DNA of 64,000 bases from contig OZ374565.1 in the NCBI GenBank assembly GCA_977862235.1, positions 1,798,001 through 1,862,000 of the forward strand, read 5' to 3'. The notes beneath the pieces are model-generated. The model did not search any database and was not told the origin of the DNA. It saw nothing but the letters and a program-made list of their open reading frames with translations. This document shows positions 11,701 through 21,957 of this stretch, piece after piece. The position numbers and the translations under genes were made by a program. The DNA comes from Dudresnaya verticillata (taxonomy: Eukaryota). Numbering within the stretch: position 1 is the first letter of the stretch; the number at the start of each line of letters is the position of its first letter.

Positions 11701-12208
11701 CTTTAATTCTGTAGACTGTGGACTGTCGCAGACAAAGCCGGTCACCTGGTGGAGTTGGAGCAAGTATCTCAGCAGGGGTTGGGTGCGTCAAGTCAAGAGA
11801 TAAATGTCGACAGTAATGGAAATCCTTTACTGCTCATCTACATGGAAAAGTCCAAGTCCTTTTATTCGCTGTGACGTTCGCAAAAGGCAATGTGTCATGG
11901 CACCAATTCCTCAATCTGTGCACCTGGAACCATACGTTGCATTTGTTGGACCTCGTCTCGAAGTATTTTGGAATGCTCGTATGTCACGCGGATGTCGTCA
12001 CAGTTTACTTCTGGGGATGAAGGTACCTGTTGCTGGGTAAAAGTTGGACAATGCAGTGCCAGCAGTTTTCTTGCAGCCTTTAATGTATGGGAAGAGGAAA
12101 AGAACCCCTGAGCTCTCAAAGCAAGGAAACGACAGAGTATCCAATCGTTACTGCCTTTTTTTCATGGTGGTAGTAGTACTACTGCTGCTAATACCTTCAC
12201 GGAGCGCC

Positions 12209-12748
12209 TCATTCGTACATTCGAGTCAAATTGTTGACCTGAACTGTGAGATGCCTGACTTGCAGCAACCGCATCTCCCTTGCGGTGTTTTCATTCATCT
12301 CTACATATCTGGTCTTGAGTAATAGACGGAAGAACCGGTCCAAATGAAAAACCTCTTCTCCAGCCCCGTGGACTACCTCAGATATATAAGATTCCAGTAA
12401 CAGAGCATTTTCCCCTGCATAGCTTCCCTCCTTCACCATTCGGACTTTTCGGCGTAGTAGGCGATACAATTCGCTAAGAATCCTAGTCTCGTGTCTGTGG
12501 TTTCGCGCTTCAGCGTGCGACAGATTCTGGCAGAAACGTTGAAAAGCTTCACTGTCCATGCCCTCGACCAGTTCGATGCCTGATTCACTCAAAGCTTCGT
12601 GAGCCCACTGCCTCGACTTTCGGGCCATCTTCACGGACAAACTACCGTCAAATGTTTTGAACAGGGTATCAAGGCGATCCTCAATTGACTCGTCCTGGTA
12701 TTTTCCCTCGAATGGTGCCCCGTCGCGATCCACGCTAACAATAGACAT
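12209..12748 (-). CDS. Hypothetical helical protein (Sola cargo)
   Basis: About 180 open codons from ATG 12748 with protein-like composition; no family recognised. Confidence 0.5.
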   Translation of the reverse strand: MSIVSVDRDGAPFEGKYQDESIEDRLDTLFKTFDGSLSVKMARKSRQWAHEALSESGIELVEGMDSEAFQRFCQNLSHAEARNHRHETRILSELYRLLRRKVRMVKEGSYAGENALLLESYISEVVHGAGEEVFHLDRFFRLLLKTRYVEMNENTAREMRLLQVRHLTVQVNNLTRMYE

Positions 12749-12766
12749 GGTTGGTGAAATGTTTGG

Positions 12767-14360
12767 TTGCATAGACGAGAAGCGCATTGTGTAACATGCA
12801 ACAGTATCCTTGCTGCAGCAACTATGTTTTATATGACCCATAAAGATTACGACTGGAGTGCAAGATTCAGGGGGGTCAATTCCGATCAGGTAGCAACTGC
12901 TGGAAACAAGGACCATCCCTCTGATGGACAGATCGAACACGATGACGTTCCCTCTCCTCCTGTGAACGTAGATTCGTTACCTTGCAATCGAGACCTCGGT
13001 TCTACCGGAGACCATCACAATCATGATGCAGAAGATGTGCAGGAATCGGCTGTAAAATCTGCTGTGACGGTGAGCACGGAAAAATCGGAGAGGCTGGCTG
13101 TACGTGGGGATAAGAACGGACCTGAAGACCATTTGCAAGCTGATATCTTGAAGTCGTGCAGAATAACCTGCCATCAGATGCGGTGGCAGGTATACAATAA
13201 GAATATTCGCGAGGGTGTTGGTGACCTATAGGACATAGTTCTTACCGACAAACCGTATGGAACGCCTGAATCATAGTCTGGTGCACGGAAACAGTACGAC
13301 AACTATATGAGTGATTCTGAAATATCCGAGCTTGCAGAAATGTGCAGGGAATCCGTTGTACCGGGAGGGTGGGTGTTCATGTTCGTGTCCTACCAGACAT
13401 TCGAACCTATAAGGTAGGCTCTTCTGAAGGCCGGATTCACTTGCCCAACGTACGCCTTTTCGATTGCAAAGGATACAAACACGGTGCAGGAGAGGCGAGG
13501 AAATGACTGTCCCCAAAATGGCCACGAAATTGCCGTCATGGGAAGAGCCCCAGGACAACACCCCAATGGATTTAAAGTGGATCTTCGAAGCCCATATCAA
13601 TTAGTGAAGGCTTCGGAAAAGAGGAAGTTTGCGTGCATGTCTCAAATTCCCGTTTCTAAGAAGAAGCTCCTTAAACCGGGTACAAAATCCCCGGTGCTTA
13701 CTGAGGAGAAGAATGTTCAGCTGTTGGTGGAATTGTTGACGACCTTCTGCCCTGAGGGGGGGCATTTTGGACATGTACGCTGGAACGATGACAGCTGCAA
13801 TTGCAGCCGTGCAGACTGGTAGGAAATGCACCTGTATAGAGCAGAGCCTACAGACATACAGGCTTGCAGTTGCACGCCTGAAAAGGATAGCAAGTGATCA
13901 TCGCAAGTTGTCGGAAGGAATGGAAGGAACACCACTGTGCCATGGTACAGTGGAAGAGGCCCTGGGAGAAGACCAGGGAGCGGATGTGGAAAACCCGCAA
14001 CAGAAATTGCTCAGGAATGAGGCGAAGAAAAATTCGGATTGTATTACTGGCGGCGATGCAGTTGTTCTGTACGTTGGGAAGAACGCTGTTGGGAAGGCAA
14101 AAGTCCAATTCGGGGCAAGTTCTGATGAAAACTTTCGCAAGCAGATTCATCTGAAACCCCTGTCGGAATACGAAAAGCCAGGACAGGAACTCATTGCGCT
14201 GTATGCCTTCGAATGTGATTCATCCTTTGCCACCTCAGCATATCCGTATAGCTTTCATGTCCCGAACGGCCGCCCTTCCACGATTCTAAGTGAGCTAGAC
14301 GGATTTTTTGCATGGGATATCCATGCGATGAAAGTCCAGGAGCGGTGCGACCAGAAATGA
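12767..14360 (+). pseudogene. Beta-class DNA amino-methyltransferase (N6-adenine/N4-cytosine type) with extra C-terminal domain, disrupted
   Basis: Reading through TAGs at 13229, 13274 and 13415 and a frameshift at the G-run 13756-13762 gives DIVLTDKPYG...EMCRESVVPGGWVFMF...LLKAGF...HEIAV...EEKNVQLLVELLTTFCPEGG-ILDMYAGTMTAAIAAVQTGRKCTCIE...YRLAVARL. Motif IV precedes motif I. Confidence 0.85.
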
Positions 14361-14852
14361 GGGTAAAGCAGAGTTGAGCATAATAATCGTTCGCTTCACT
14401 AGTTTCCTACGCCATAGCGCAATATCTCAAGCCATATTCACATGCTACTCCTCGCTGGAGACCCTGTACTGCCACCGACAGCGCTATCCCGGTATAAGTC
14501 CACAGCGCAAAAGTTGCATCATCGCTCGGTCCCATTTCCGCAGCAACTTCTCTTTCACAATGTCGGATCTGCAGAGTTCCATCGAATTGTAGCTCTTGCA
14601 GAGCATGGGATGAATGTCGAGCGGCATGGAAGATCTGCCAACAAGCATCTACAGGAATGATGCATCCACGGCCCCGGAAGAGTAGTAGTAGCGAGGCGGG
14701 TCGGGTCACAGTACTGTGAGAATATCGAGAGCTTCGATTTGCAGGTAGGTGCACTCGAGCAATACACTAGCGTCTCATCGCGGGACGAGTGCCCGCAGTT
14801 CCGAAATTACTGTAATCGCGTGAAAACCTATCCAATATTATGGAGAATGACC

Positions 14853-14999
14853 AACAGCTTTTCGGAAAGCCGCACGTAAATTTCTATTAAACAGCATATA
14901 CACTGTACGAGATCTGAAAACCTATGATAGGTTTTCCGAAACGCGAGAGCTGATGTGCTGTTTAATAGCTTTTTGAATCTCACTGGTCGAAAAGATGTT
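14853..14999. repeat. Imperfect 147-bp palindrome centred on 14926
   Basis: Symmetric arms at 14916-25/14927-36, 14884-96/14956-68 and 14853-64/14988-99. Confidence 0.85.
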
Positions 15000-16469
15000 A
15001 TAAGTTTTGCGGTTGCCTCGGGCCAAACACCTTTTTGATAGAAACTACGTTTGCTCGACCCCAGGACCTATTCCATATTATGGAGAATGCAAGATAGCTT
15101 TTCAGGGCGCGCGGCATAACTCTCCAGGATTTTTTCCGCGAGATTTATCGCTGATTCCCTTCTAGGACTTTTCTTTCGGAACACCTGGGTCCCTCCACCC
15201 GTCCGGTTGTTGGCCAGCGCCCTCCCATATGAGATTGCGTTTGCAATCAGGAACAGGGTGCACCGTGGTGATACAGCTAAGTCTTGAACTTGAAGTGACG
15301 AACCGAAAAGTTGGCGGTGCCTGCGTTCCGTTACAGACTCCCGGATCTGCAAAGCGTAATACGGCCCTGTGTTCTTCCTGACCTGCCATTGTCTTCTCAA
15401 AATGGGGCACTCAACAGCAGCATATATATTTGAGATGTCTGTGAAGTTTCATGGGAATGTTCTGAGAGATTAGGGGACATTCCGGTCAGAGAGGGCAGAA
15501 AGAAGCTCGCCTCGAGAGCCGGCTTGACGGCCAGAGCCTGGTATTTCCATAAGTATGTAGTCCGTTTTGTGAGCAGCACTGCATTTCCAATCCCGGAGAA
15601 GAGGCCAATTGACGGAGTACGCTTCAACCTGATGCATGGGATGAGGCAACAAAAAATGCAGTTCTTCCCTCAAACGCAAGGCCGTCTGTGTGCTGTTGTA
15701 TCACAACTGTTTCAAGTGATTCTAGCCAGACAAGCTTGTCTGGACTTGTCTCAAGCAAAATGCTCTAAACGTATCGGTCTGTATCCGGGCACCACACGAA
15801 TCCTCTTCCGCTTCCCGCGAGGCTGCTGTGATGCTTCCTTCGTTGTTTGAAGATATCTCAGTTCTGTAGCTCTTGATGAAACAATTCGTGACGCATAAGG
15901 ACACGTAGGCTACCTATATTTGTTTAGAGCTGAAGGATGAGTCGTCGCGGACGACACCGATCAGGCAGTGGCCCATCTGGCAGCTGCGACTTCAGTTTCC
16001 ATACATAGTGACACTTGCATCGAGTCATTTTCACGCCATGGAGACTCTCGGGGCGTGGATACTTGTATCCATTGCATTTCCGAAGTGCTTCTTCATAATC
16101 CTGTGCCCATTTCGGTTGGTGCCAGTCCGGTTCAGACCCTAAACGTTCGTGGCGATCTGTCGCCCATCGCAGGACGAACTTAACTATTCGTTAACGTGCG
16201 CGTTGCTGAGCGCGTGTTGACTATGCAGTGTATAGTCTGCACTCTTGAGCAGTGTAGATAGAGTGTGAGTGTGTACTTGTGGAGCAAACACTGTTAGGTC
16301 TCGTTGGAAACGTACCAGTTTGCTCGCGAATGGCCGCACAATGCTCTTGGGGCTTGTTCCAGCGGAAAGGCAACCTAGATGGAGCGGGAAACGGCTCGGG
16401 TCGTGAAGTGCGCTCAGACATATTTACTAATGGCGGCTACCGTGCCATGGAGGTTCCGGAACAGATCTT

Positions 16470-16739
16470 CTAGGATTCGGAGCGAGAGGATCGTGGGCTG
16501 GATTGGGTCTCCACGGATGTCATCACAGTTTCCAGGGCAAACATAGCCTGCGATAAGGCCAATGTTATACTGCGATGGACCCGATGGAAGACACTGCCAA
16601 CCATGCGCAGAACCGCTCGCTGCAGACGGGCAACCAGCTGACTTAGCTCATGCTGAGCGCTCCTAAGTTGCTGGAATTCTTCTTCAAGCTCAACGAGTTG
16701 CGCTTCGACATCTTCAAGACTTATGTCATCCGTTTGCAT
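16470..16739 (-). CDS. 89-aa coiled-coil hypothetical protein (Sola cargo)
   Basis: Heptad pattern LEDVEAQLVELEEEFQQLRSAQHELSQL. A homologue is split between 26186-26271 and 5728-5920. Confidence 0.65.
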   Translation of the reverse strand: MQTDDISLEDVEAQLVELEEEFQQLRSAQHELSQLVARLQRAVLRMVGSVFHRVHRSITLALSQAMFALETVMTSVETQSSPRSSRSES

Positions 16740-17011
16740 TAGGCTTGTTCCGTGACTTCAGACTCCTCGTTTCTGCGCGCAAGGTGGCTCTGCAAAGCCG
16801 CGATATGTACCCTTGCATCTGTACGTTTCTCCTGGATGAAGACAAGCATACGGTTGATTCGACACACAACTGGCCACCCTAGTCGTTGAAGCTCACGCGA
16901 CAAGTACGATACCGTCTCCCGAATGGTCCTGATCTCCCCCTGTAGTGTAGCTATTCTCTCCTGAGCGGAATGCAGCCTCCCTTCTCTTGTCTTTTGATAC
17001 ATGTTGTGCAT
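16739..17011 (-). CDS. 90-aa coiled-coil hypothetical protein (Sola cargo)
   Basis: Its stop overlaps the next start (TAATG). A homologue is split between ~61991-62140 and 26271-26401. Confidence 0.65.
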   Translation of the reverse strand: MHNMYQKTREGRLHSAQERIATLQGEIRTIRETVSYLSRELQRLGWPVVCRINRMLVFIQEKRTDARVHIAALQSHLARRNEESEVTEQA

Positions 17012-17775
17012 AAGGTATAGTCTGGAACGTTTGTCTCACGGCTAACTTCAAATTTGCAGACTGGTACTTGATGCACAGGTTGGTGCATGTTCGCAAACTG
17101 GTGAAAAGCCAGCTGTAGCCCACGGTAGCTCATTGGATTGACTTGTCCTTCTTCTGCAAGAAAACTCACGGGGCATCGAGACGTAAACATCAACGCAGCC
17201 GGCAGCCGGGGTTGTACTTCTCGGCCCATTTCGCTGCTATTTCTTGTCCTTGACGTCCATCAATACTACCCGCTTGTGGTCGCATGGCGGAATAGAGCAG
17301 TCTGCACGGCGTACCCTTGCAATACCGAGTACTGCTTCTTGATTGACGGGGACTCCAGATTCGCGACTTGTCCGTTCTGATTGGTAATATGGCACGCTCG
17401 TCTCTCGAATCAGACTGTTTTGTTCGCACTGGCGCTATAGTGTATGCCGGAATGGAGTGGTGCATACAGAGCGAGAGGGAAGCCCTTCCAATACCAGTCG
17501 TTTTAACTGCGATCCGTAGCAACTCTGGGCATGCGCAAGCCTGTCATGCAGAACGCCCCACCGCCACTGGAACAGTATTATATCGGTGTCGTTTCAGAAG
17601 CGCCCTCGGCCCTCCCGAATATTTCAGCTCTTCAGAACAAGTAGCGCACAACTATCGCGCCCTAGCGGGAACATCGATTTTGTTGCTTCACTTCGCCCGC
17701 CCTGAGTGCAAAGAGAATATTGCACTAGTGAATTGCAAAAGGCTCAGACTCCCCTGCCGAAAGGGATAGTAGGAC

Positions 17776-18354
17776 ATGGCCCAAGCCTCATCTAGGCAGG
17801 TTTCGAAAGCAGCAAACGTTCCAGTTCAGAACGACGACGACTTCGGCGATGAGCTGCTTCCCGGAACAAAGCCCGGCGGACGAGTCATGCTCACACTCAA
17901 CGGGGAACACGTTACTATAGCAACCCTGCTACAACCTCATGATTTTAGGGAGGGTGCCGTTGATCCCAGTGGTGGATTCAGCACATACCTGCACGGGCGC
18001 AACCTTGGGCCTCAACAAAGTGATGGAGAAGTATGGGTTGTAGTTCATCTCGTGCGATGCCTCCACAACTGCAATTCCTACGACAACTCGTTCCAGTTCA
18101 AACCAGGCAGTACGCCTTGTCCGGAGACACTGAGTCGAATGCAGACTGGAAAACACGCCTGGGACCTATTCCAGATTGAGGATCTCGTAACCACCTACAA
18201 TACAGAGCAAAGAAAAAGCTCAGGTGCAACTGTCTCCGGAGTGGAAAAACGTGCGGTGGCTGACGCTAACCCACCAACACCCCCTCTGCTCAGGGTTCGC
18301 AAATCCGCTCCTCACCAAAAACGGCAGCATGGTGCGGAGAAATTGCAGCGGTGA
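17776..18354 (+). CDS. Probable N-terminal segment of the transposase gene (small beta-rich domain)
   Basis: Overlaps the transposase ORF by 4 nt. Conserved in the second copy at ~62890-63470. Confidence 0.6.
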   Translation: MAQASSRQVSKAANVPVQNDDDFGDELLPGTKPGGRVMLTLNGEHVTIATLLQPHDFREGAVDPSGGFSTYLHGRNLGPQQSDGEVWVVVHLVRCLHNCNSYDNSFQFKPGSTPCPETLSRMQTGKHAWDLFQIEDLVTTYNTEQRKSSGATVSGVEKRAVADANPPTPPLLRVRKSAPHQKRQHGAEKLQR

Positions 18355-20828
18355 AAAGCCCTTCAACACCACCGCCAGAGAAAGGCAATGAAGAGGAAGA
18401 AGTCACAAAACGTCTGCAATACACACCTGTACGCCGACCACCTATGCGTGAACGACCCCAGAAACCATCCAAGAATAACGTCCCGGACGCCTTACCAGTC
18501 TCTTCGGCCCCAGTGTCTCTTGAACCCACGACTACACCCATGGAAGAGAGAGGTCCTCGTGTAGGCGTGACAGACAGAGGCGATGCAGATCTGAAACAAA
18601 ACTCTGCTAGGGCTGTCGGATCTATTCCTTCTCGAGGAAAAGGAGGAAGCGACGAAGAGAACTATATCACGCCCCAGCCATGCCCTGCACCCAATGTCAG
18701 ACGTACGCCTGAAAGCAGTTCGGGTTTTAGTAGTGGCGCACCAGAACCCGACCCTGGTGCTACCCCGGCGTTGGCCGCGAGTACTAACACAAAGGGTGAC
18801 GTGGAACGAACGCCAGGTGCTGATGGCTCGGAAATAGAGCACGGTGAGGAGCAATCAGATGCTGCGACGTTGGATCTGGTGAGCGACGCAGAGGTGAAAG
18901 GTGGAAGTGATGGAATATTAGAAGACGAAGATACTGGAAGCGACCAGGAAATTGAGGACCTCACCAAGGACGCGGATTACGTGCCGAGTGCGACAATTTC
19001 ACGAAGACGCACGGCAGCGTATGAGGCTGAACGGGTCCCGCAAACGCCCAGAGCTGCTGAGGATGAGACCAATGGCTCCCGAAAGAGAAGGTACCGCTTC
19101 TACGCAACACAAAGAAAGAAGTTGAGGGTTGGTGATACTGCATTGCAAAAGCGTCGCAATGCTGCTCTGGAAAGGCTTGATGAAGAAGACTGGGGCTCCA
19201 AGGAGTGCTGTATGCGGAAGCAATGCTTCAAGAGGGTATCGATTGTGTACATGAAAGCCGAGATTCGCAAACTGTTGCGTATGGACGCCCATGATCGACG
19301 AAACTATTTGCACGGGTTGTTGCAGCGAGCGGGATGGAATTATGACTTCGACGGTAAGCCAGTATGCTACACGTTCCTGGAGAAGGCGTGTGGGTTTTCC
19401 AGGGACCTGAAATATTCAGTCAAGCAGTTTGGTGGAAGCCGGCCTATGGAGGGTGACAATGCCGTGCCGTATCAGCCTCCGAGTGAGGGCAGGGATAAGA
19501 TACTGAGTTACCTCAACCGGCTTGCTGAGATAACAGCAAGCTGCATGCCCGACGCAGATGAGAAGCATCTGCCGTACTTTGATAAGGCTGCGGTCTACGA
19601 GAACTTCCTTCTGGACCAGGAGAGACTGTATCCTGGAAAAGCCCCGCCTCGACTAAACTACTTCTACCACGTCTGGAAGCAGCACCGCAGTGACATAAAA
19701 GTCCGCAAAATCCAACGCTTCACAAAGTGTTCAGAGTGTGAAGAATTTCGTGCTGGACTTTCCAGGGCCGGTACAAACCGCAGACTTGCGGAGCCGTTCC
19801 TGCTCCGTATAAAGGAGCACTACAAGTTGGTTACAAAGGAGAGGGTGTACTACAGGGAGAATACGGAAAAAGCTACTTTGTATCCCTCCGAGCACTGTTC
19901 ACTGATAATTGATGGCGCGGACCAGAAAGCGTTCGGAGTACCAAAGTTCGTGGTCAGTACGAAGGCTACGCGTGGACATGCCATAGCAACCAAAGTTGTG
20001 GGCGCATTGGAACACGGTTCATTGAAGCACCTATCCCTATTCGTCATGACAGGAGAGTTTGAGACCGGCGCAAATCACATGATCGAAACAGTCCATCGCC
20101 TTCTCACAGTCAAGCATAACCATGGCACTCTGCAGCCTACGCTGTTACTGCAGCTAGACAACTGCACCTGGGAGAACAAAAATAAGTACATGCTTTCTTA
20201 TCTGGAGTGCTTAGTCGCGTGGGGTGTTCTGCATGAAGTGCAAGTTTCCTTTCTTCCAATCGGCCACACCCATTCTGACATCGACCAGGCCTTCAGTTGC
20301 ACAAGCAAGAGGGTCCGATCAAAAGACATGCCGACTATGTCTTGCTTTCTCCGCGAACTAAGCATGTTATACACGCCTCGTCCATCGGTAGCAAGGTTGC
20401 TGCAGGTAGCCAACTTCTCCGGGCTGTGTGACAAGTATGCGTGTATTGGAAAGAATGAAGCATTCTCACACTACAGATTCTTTCGTATTACTCGCCAACG
20501 AGGTAAGGGAATGGGCAGAAAAGCGAGATTACGCATGCGATGCCTCGTCAAGATTCAGTGTGGATATGAGTGGAAACCACTTGTAACAAAAGCACGTGGC
20601 AACTCTCTCAAACAGGAAGGCTTCATACTATTCACCACTGACCTCTTTAAGACGCCACAGACCATAGCGCGATGCCCACCTGATATGAAGGAGGTCAATT
20701 ATGGCATACGTTGCACCGAAGTGCGAGCGCTCAAGGCGTCGCAGATCGCCGAACTGGAAAATCTTAGGGATCACGTCTATAGAGATCGAAACGAACCTTT
20801 TCACTGGGACTTGGATCACGCCCCGTAG
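18351..20828 (+). CDS. Sola-like DDD transposase
   Basis: CCMRKQC..VCYTF and KCSEC cysteine motifs; putative catalytic motifs IIDGADQ (~19911), LQLDNCTWENKN (~20157) and FLPIGHTHSDID (~20280). Confidence 0.88.
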   Translation: MKSPSTPPPEKGNEEEEVTKRLQYTPVRRPPMRERPQKPSKNNVPDALPVSSAPVSLEPTTTPMEERGPRVGVTDRGDADLKQNSARAVGSIPSRGKGGSDEENYITPQPCPAPNVRRTPESSSGFSSGAPEPDPGATPALAASTNTKGDVERTPGADGSEIEHGEEQSDAATLDLVSDAEVKGGSDGILEDEDTGSDQEIEDLTKDADYVPSATISRRRTAAYEAERVPQTPRAAEDETNGSRKRRYRFYATQRKKLRVGDTALQKRRNAALERLDEEDWGSKECCMRKQCFKRVSIVYMKAEIRKLLRMDAHDRRNYLHGLLQRAGWNYDFDGKPVCYTFLEKACGFSRDLKYSVKQFGGSRPMEGDNAVPYQPPSEGRDKILSYLNRLAEITASCMPDADEKHLPYFDKAAVYENFLLDQERLYPGKAPPRLNYFYHVWKQHRSDIKVRKIQRFTKCSECEEFRAGLSRAGTNRRLAEPFLLRIKEHYKLVTKERVYYRENTEKATLYPSEHCSLIIDGADQKAFGVPKFVVSTKATRGHAIATKVVGALEHGSLKHLSLFVMTGEFETGANHMIETVHRLLTVKHNHGTLQPTLLLQLDNCTWENKNKYMLSYLECLVAWGVLHEVQVSFLPIGHTHSDIDQAFSCTSKRVRSKDMPTMSCFLRELSMLYTPRPSVARLLQVANFSGLCDKYACIGKNEAFSHYRFFRITRQRGKGMGRKARLRMRCLVKIQCGYEWKPLVTKARGNSLKQEGFILFTTDLFKTPQTIARCPPDMKEVNYGIRCTEVRALKASQIAELENLRDHVYRDRNEPFHWDLDHAP

Positions 20829-20875
20829 ACGAATGGGAGCTGTGAAGGGACAGTAGACAGCATAGAGACCCCGAA

Positions 20876-21256
20876 ATGCTTCCGGAGATACCAGAAGTGG
20901 AGCAACAACCCGCACAGGACATAACCTACAGCCACAACAGAATGGTGGCCGTCAATTATGTTCAGGCAACCGAGCAATGTCCTTTTTACGTGGCAAAATT
21001 GATGGAAGTTGTGACAGGGGACGATGGAAGGTTTCGAAATTGTTGTTGCGGTGGTATGAAGCCAAGCACACCGGTAATGTTTTCAGTGCAACTTACAAAC
21101 CTTCATTCTACAAAAACCAGGCGCGGGGTCGCAAAGGAATGGGAAGGAGACGTCACCGTTGATTGCGTACTTGTGGAGTTCGAGTCGCTCACCAGGAATG
21201 GCAGGCTACCAGTTTCTGTGCAGAAGAAGTTGCGCGAGTGCCTTTACAAGCAGTAG
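20876..21256 (+). pseudogene. Frameshifted transposase C-terminal beta-barrel (BAH/SH3-like) domain
   Basis: MVAV..PFYVAKLMEV../KLLLRWYE../W..DVTVDCVLVEFESLTRNGRLP, assembled across two frames. Confidence 0.6.
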
Positions 21257-21468
21257 CATCCACAACATTTCACGCCCGCAGCCAGATTGATAGCAACGAA
21301 TAGATAGAGTACTGAGAAGGTGTAAATCTAGGTGTGTAAATCTACTGAGACAGAATGGAAAGTTAACCTTATGTCTTCTGTAAGCTCACTTCGCACTTGT
21401 CTTCAGTCGCGATGCTATCCGCGAGGGGGCTGCTGCGGTGAGTGTCTCATGAACTTGTGCAACAAGCG

Positions 21469-21957
21469 CTAGAATATTGACTCGGTGTTGCTCGGCATCC
21501 TCCGACTTCGTACGTCCCATTTGCAGTCCAAGGAAGTTTCCTCTCGGCTCCGCAATCCATGCGCCTGCACGAAGAGGAGGGATGATGAGAGGTAGCGTAC
21601 TAGGCCGGTCGGTGCAACAGTGATGCGCATTAAAATGCCCAGCTCAGTGGCTGGTGGGTTCCTCCATGGAGGTGCAGTGCACTGAAAGAGGTGATTGAGG
21701 AATGGAATTCCCGCTTCCAACGCGGAACAAAGTTCCGCAAACCGCCCGATGGAATCCTGCACCCATTCAGTGTCGGAAGGTTCATCATCTTGTACGTGAT
21801 GCATGCGCTCGTTCGTGTCCATGTTTTCCTGAATGGCAGAAAGGGCTCTTGCTATCCATTTTCGCCCAAATTGGCTATCATTAGCTTGGACCGACTCTGC
21901 GTACCAGTTGACTAGTTGGGTATTCCGCTCGGCATGCGAGAAGAGCAGCAAGGTCAT
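21469..21957 (-). CDS. Hypothetical protein (Sola cargo)
   Basis: 162-codon ATG ORF with protein-like composition, convergent with the transposase; no family recognised. Confidence 0.35.
   Translation of the reverse strand: MTLLLFSHAERNTQLVNWYAESVQANDSQFGRKWIARALSAIQENMDTNERMHHVQDDEPSDTEWVQDSIGRFAELCSALEAGIPFLNHLFQCTAPPWRNPPATELGILMRITVAPTGLVRYLSSSLLFVQAHGLRSREETSLDCKWDVRSRRMPSNTESIF

Noticed and set aside
13229..13417. Three in-frame TAGs in the MTase suggesting stop-codon reassignment
   Set aside because: The gene also has a frameshift, and elsewhere TAG or TGA replace conserved Trp codons (4558, 10514, 38213). Ordinary decay explains them.
12767..14360. MTase as bacterial contamination or a restriction-modification system
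   Set aside because: It is embedded between the TIRs of a eukaryotic transposon nested in a Gypsy element, and no partner endonuclease was recognised.
15068..16421. Further cargo ORF fragments (also 22204-23037)
   Set aside because: No recognisable motif or consistent strand; left unassigned.
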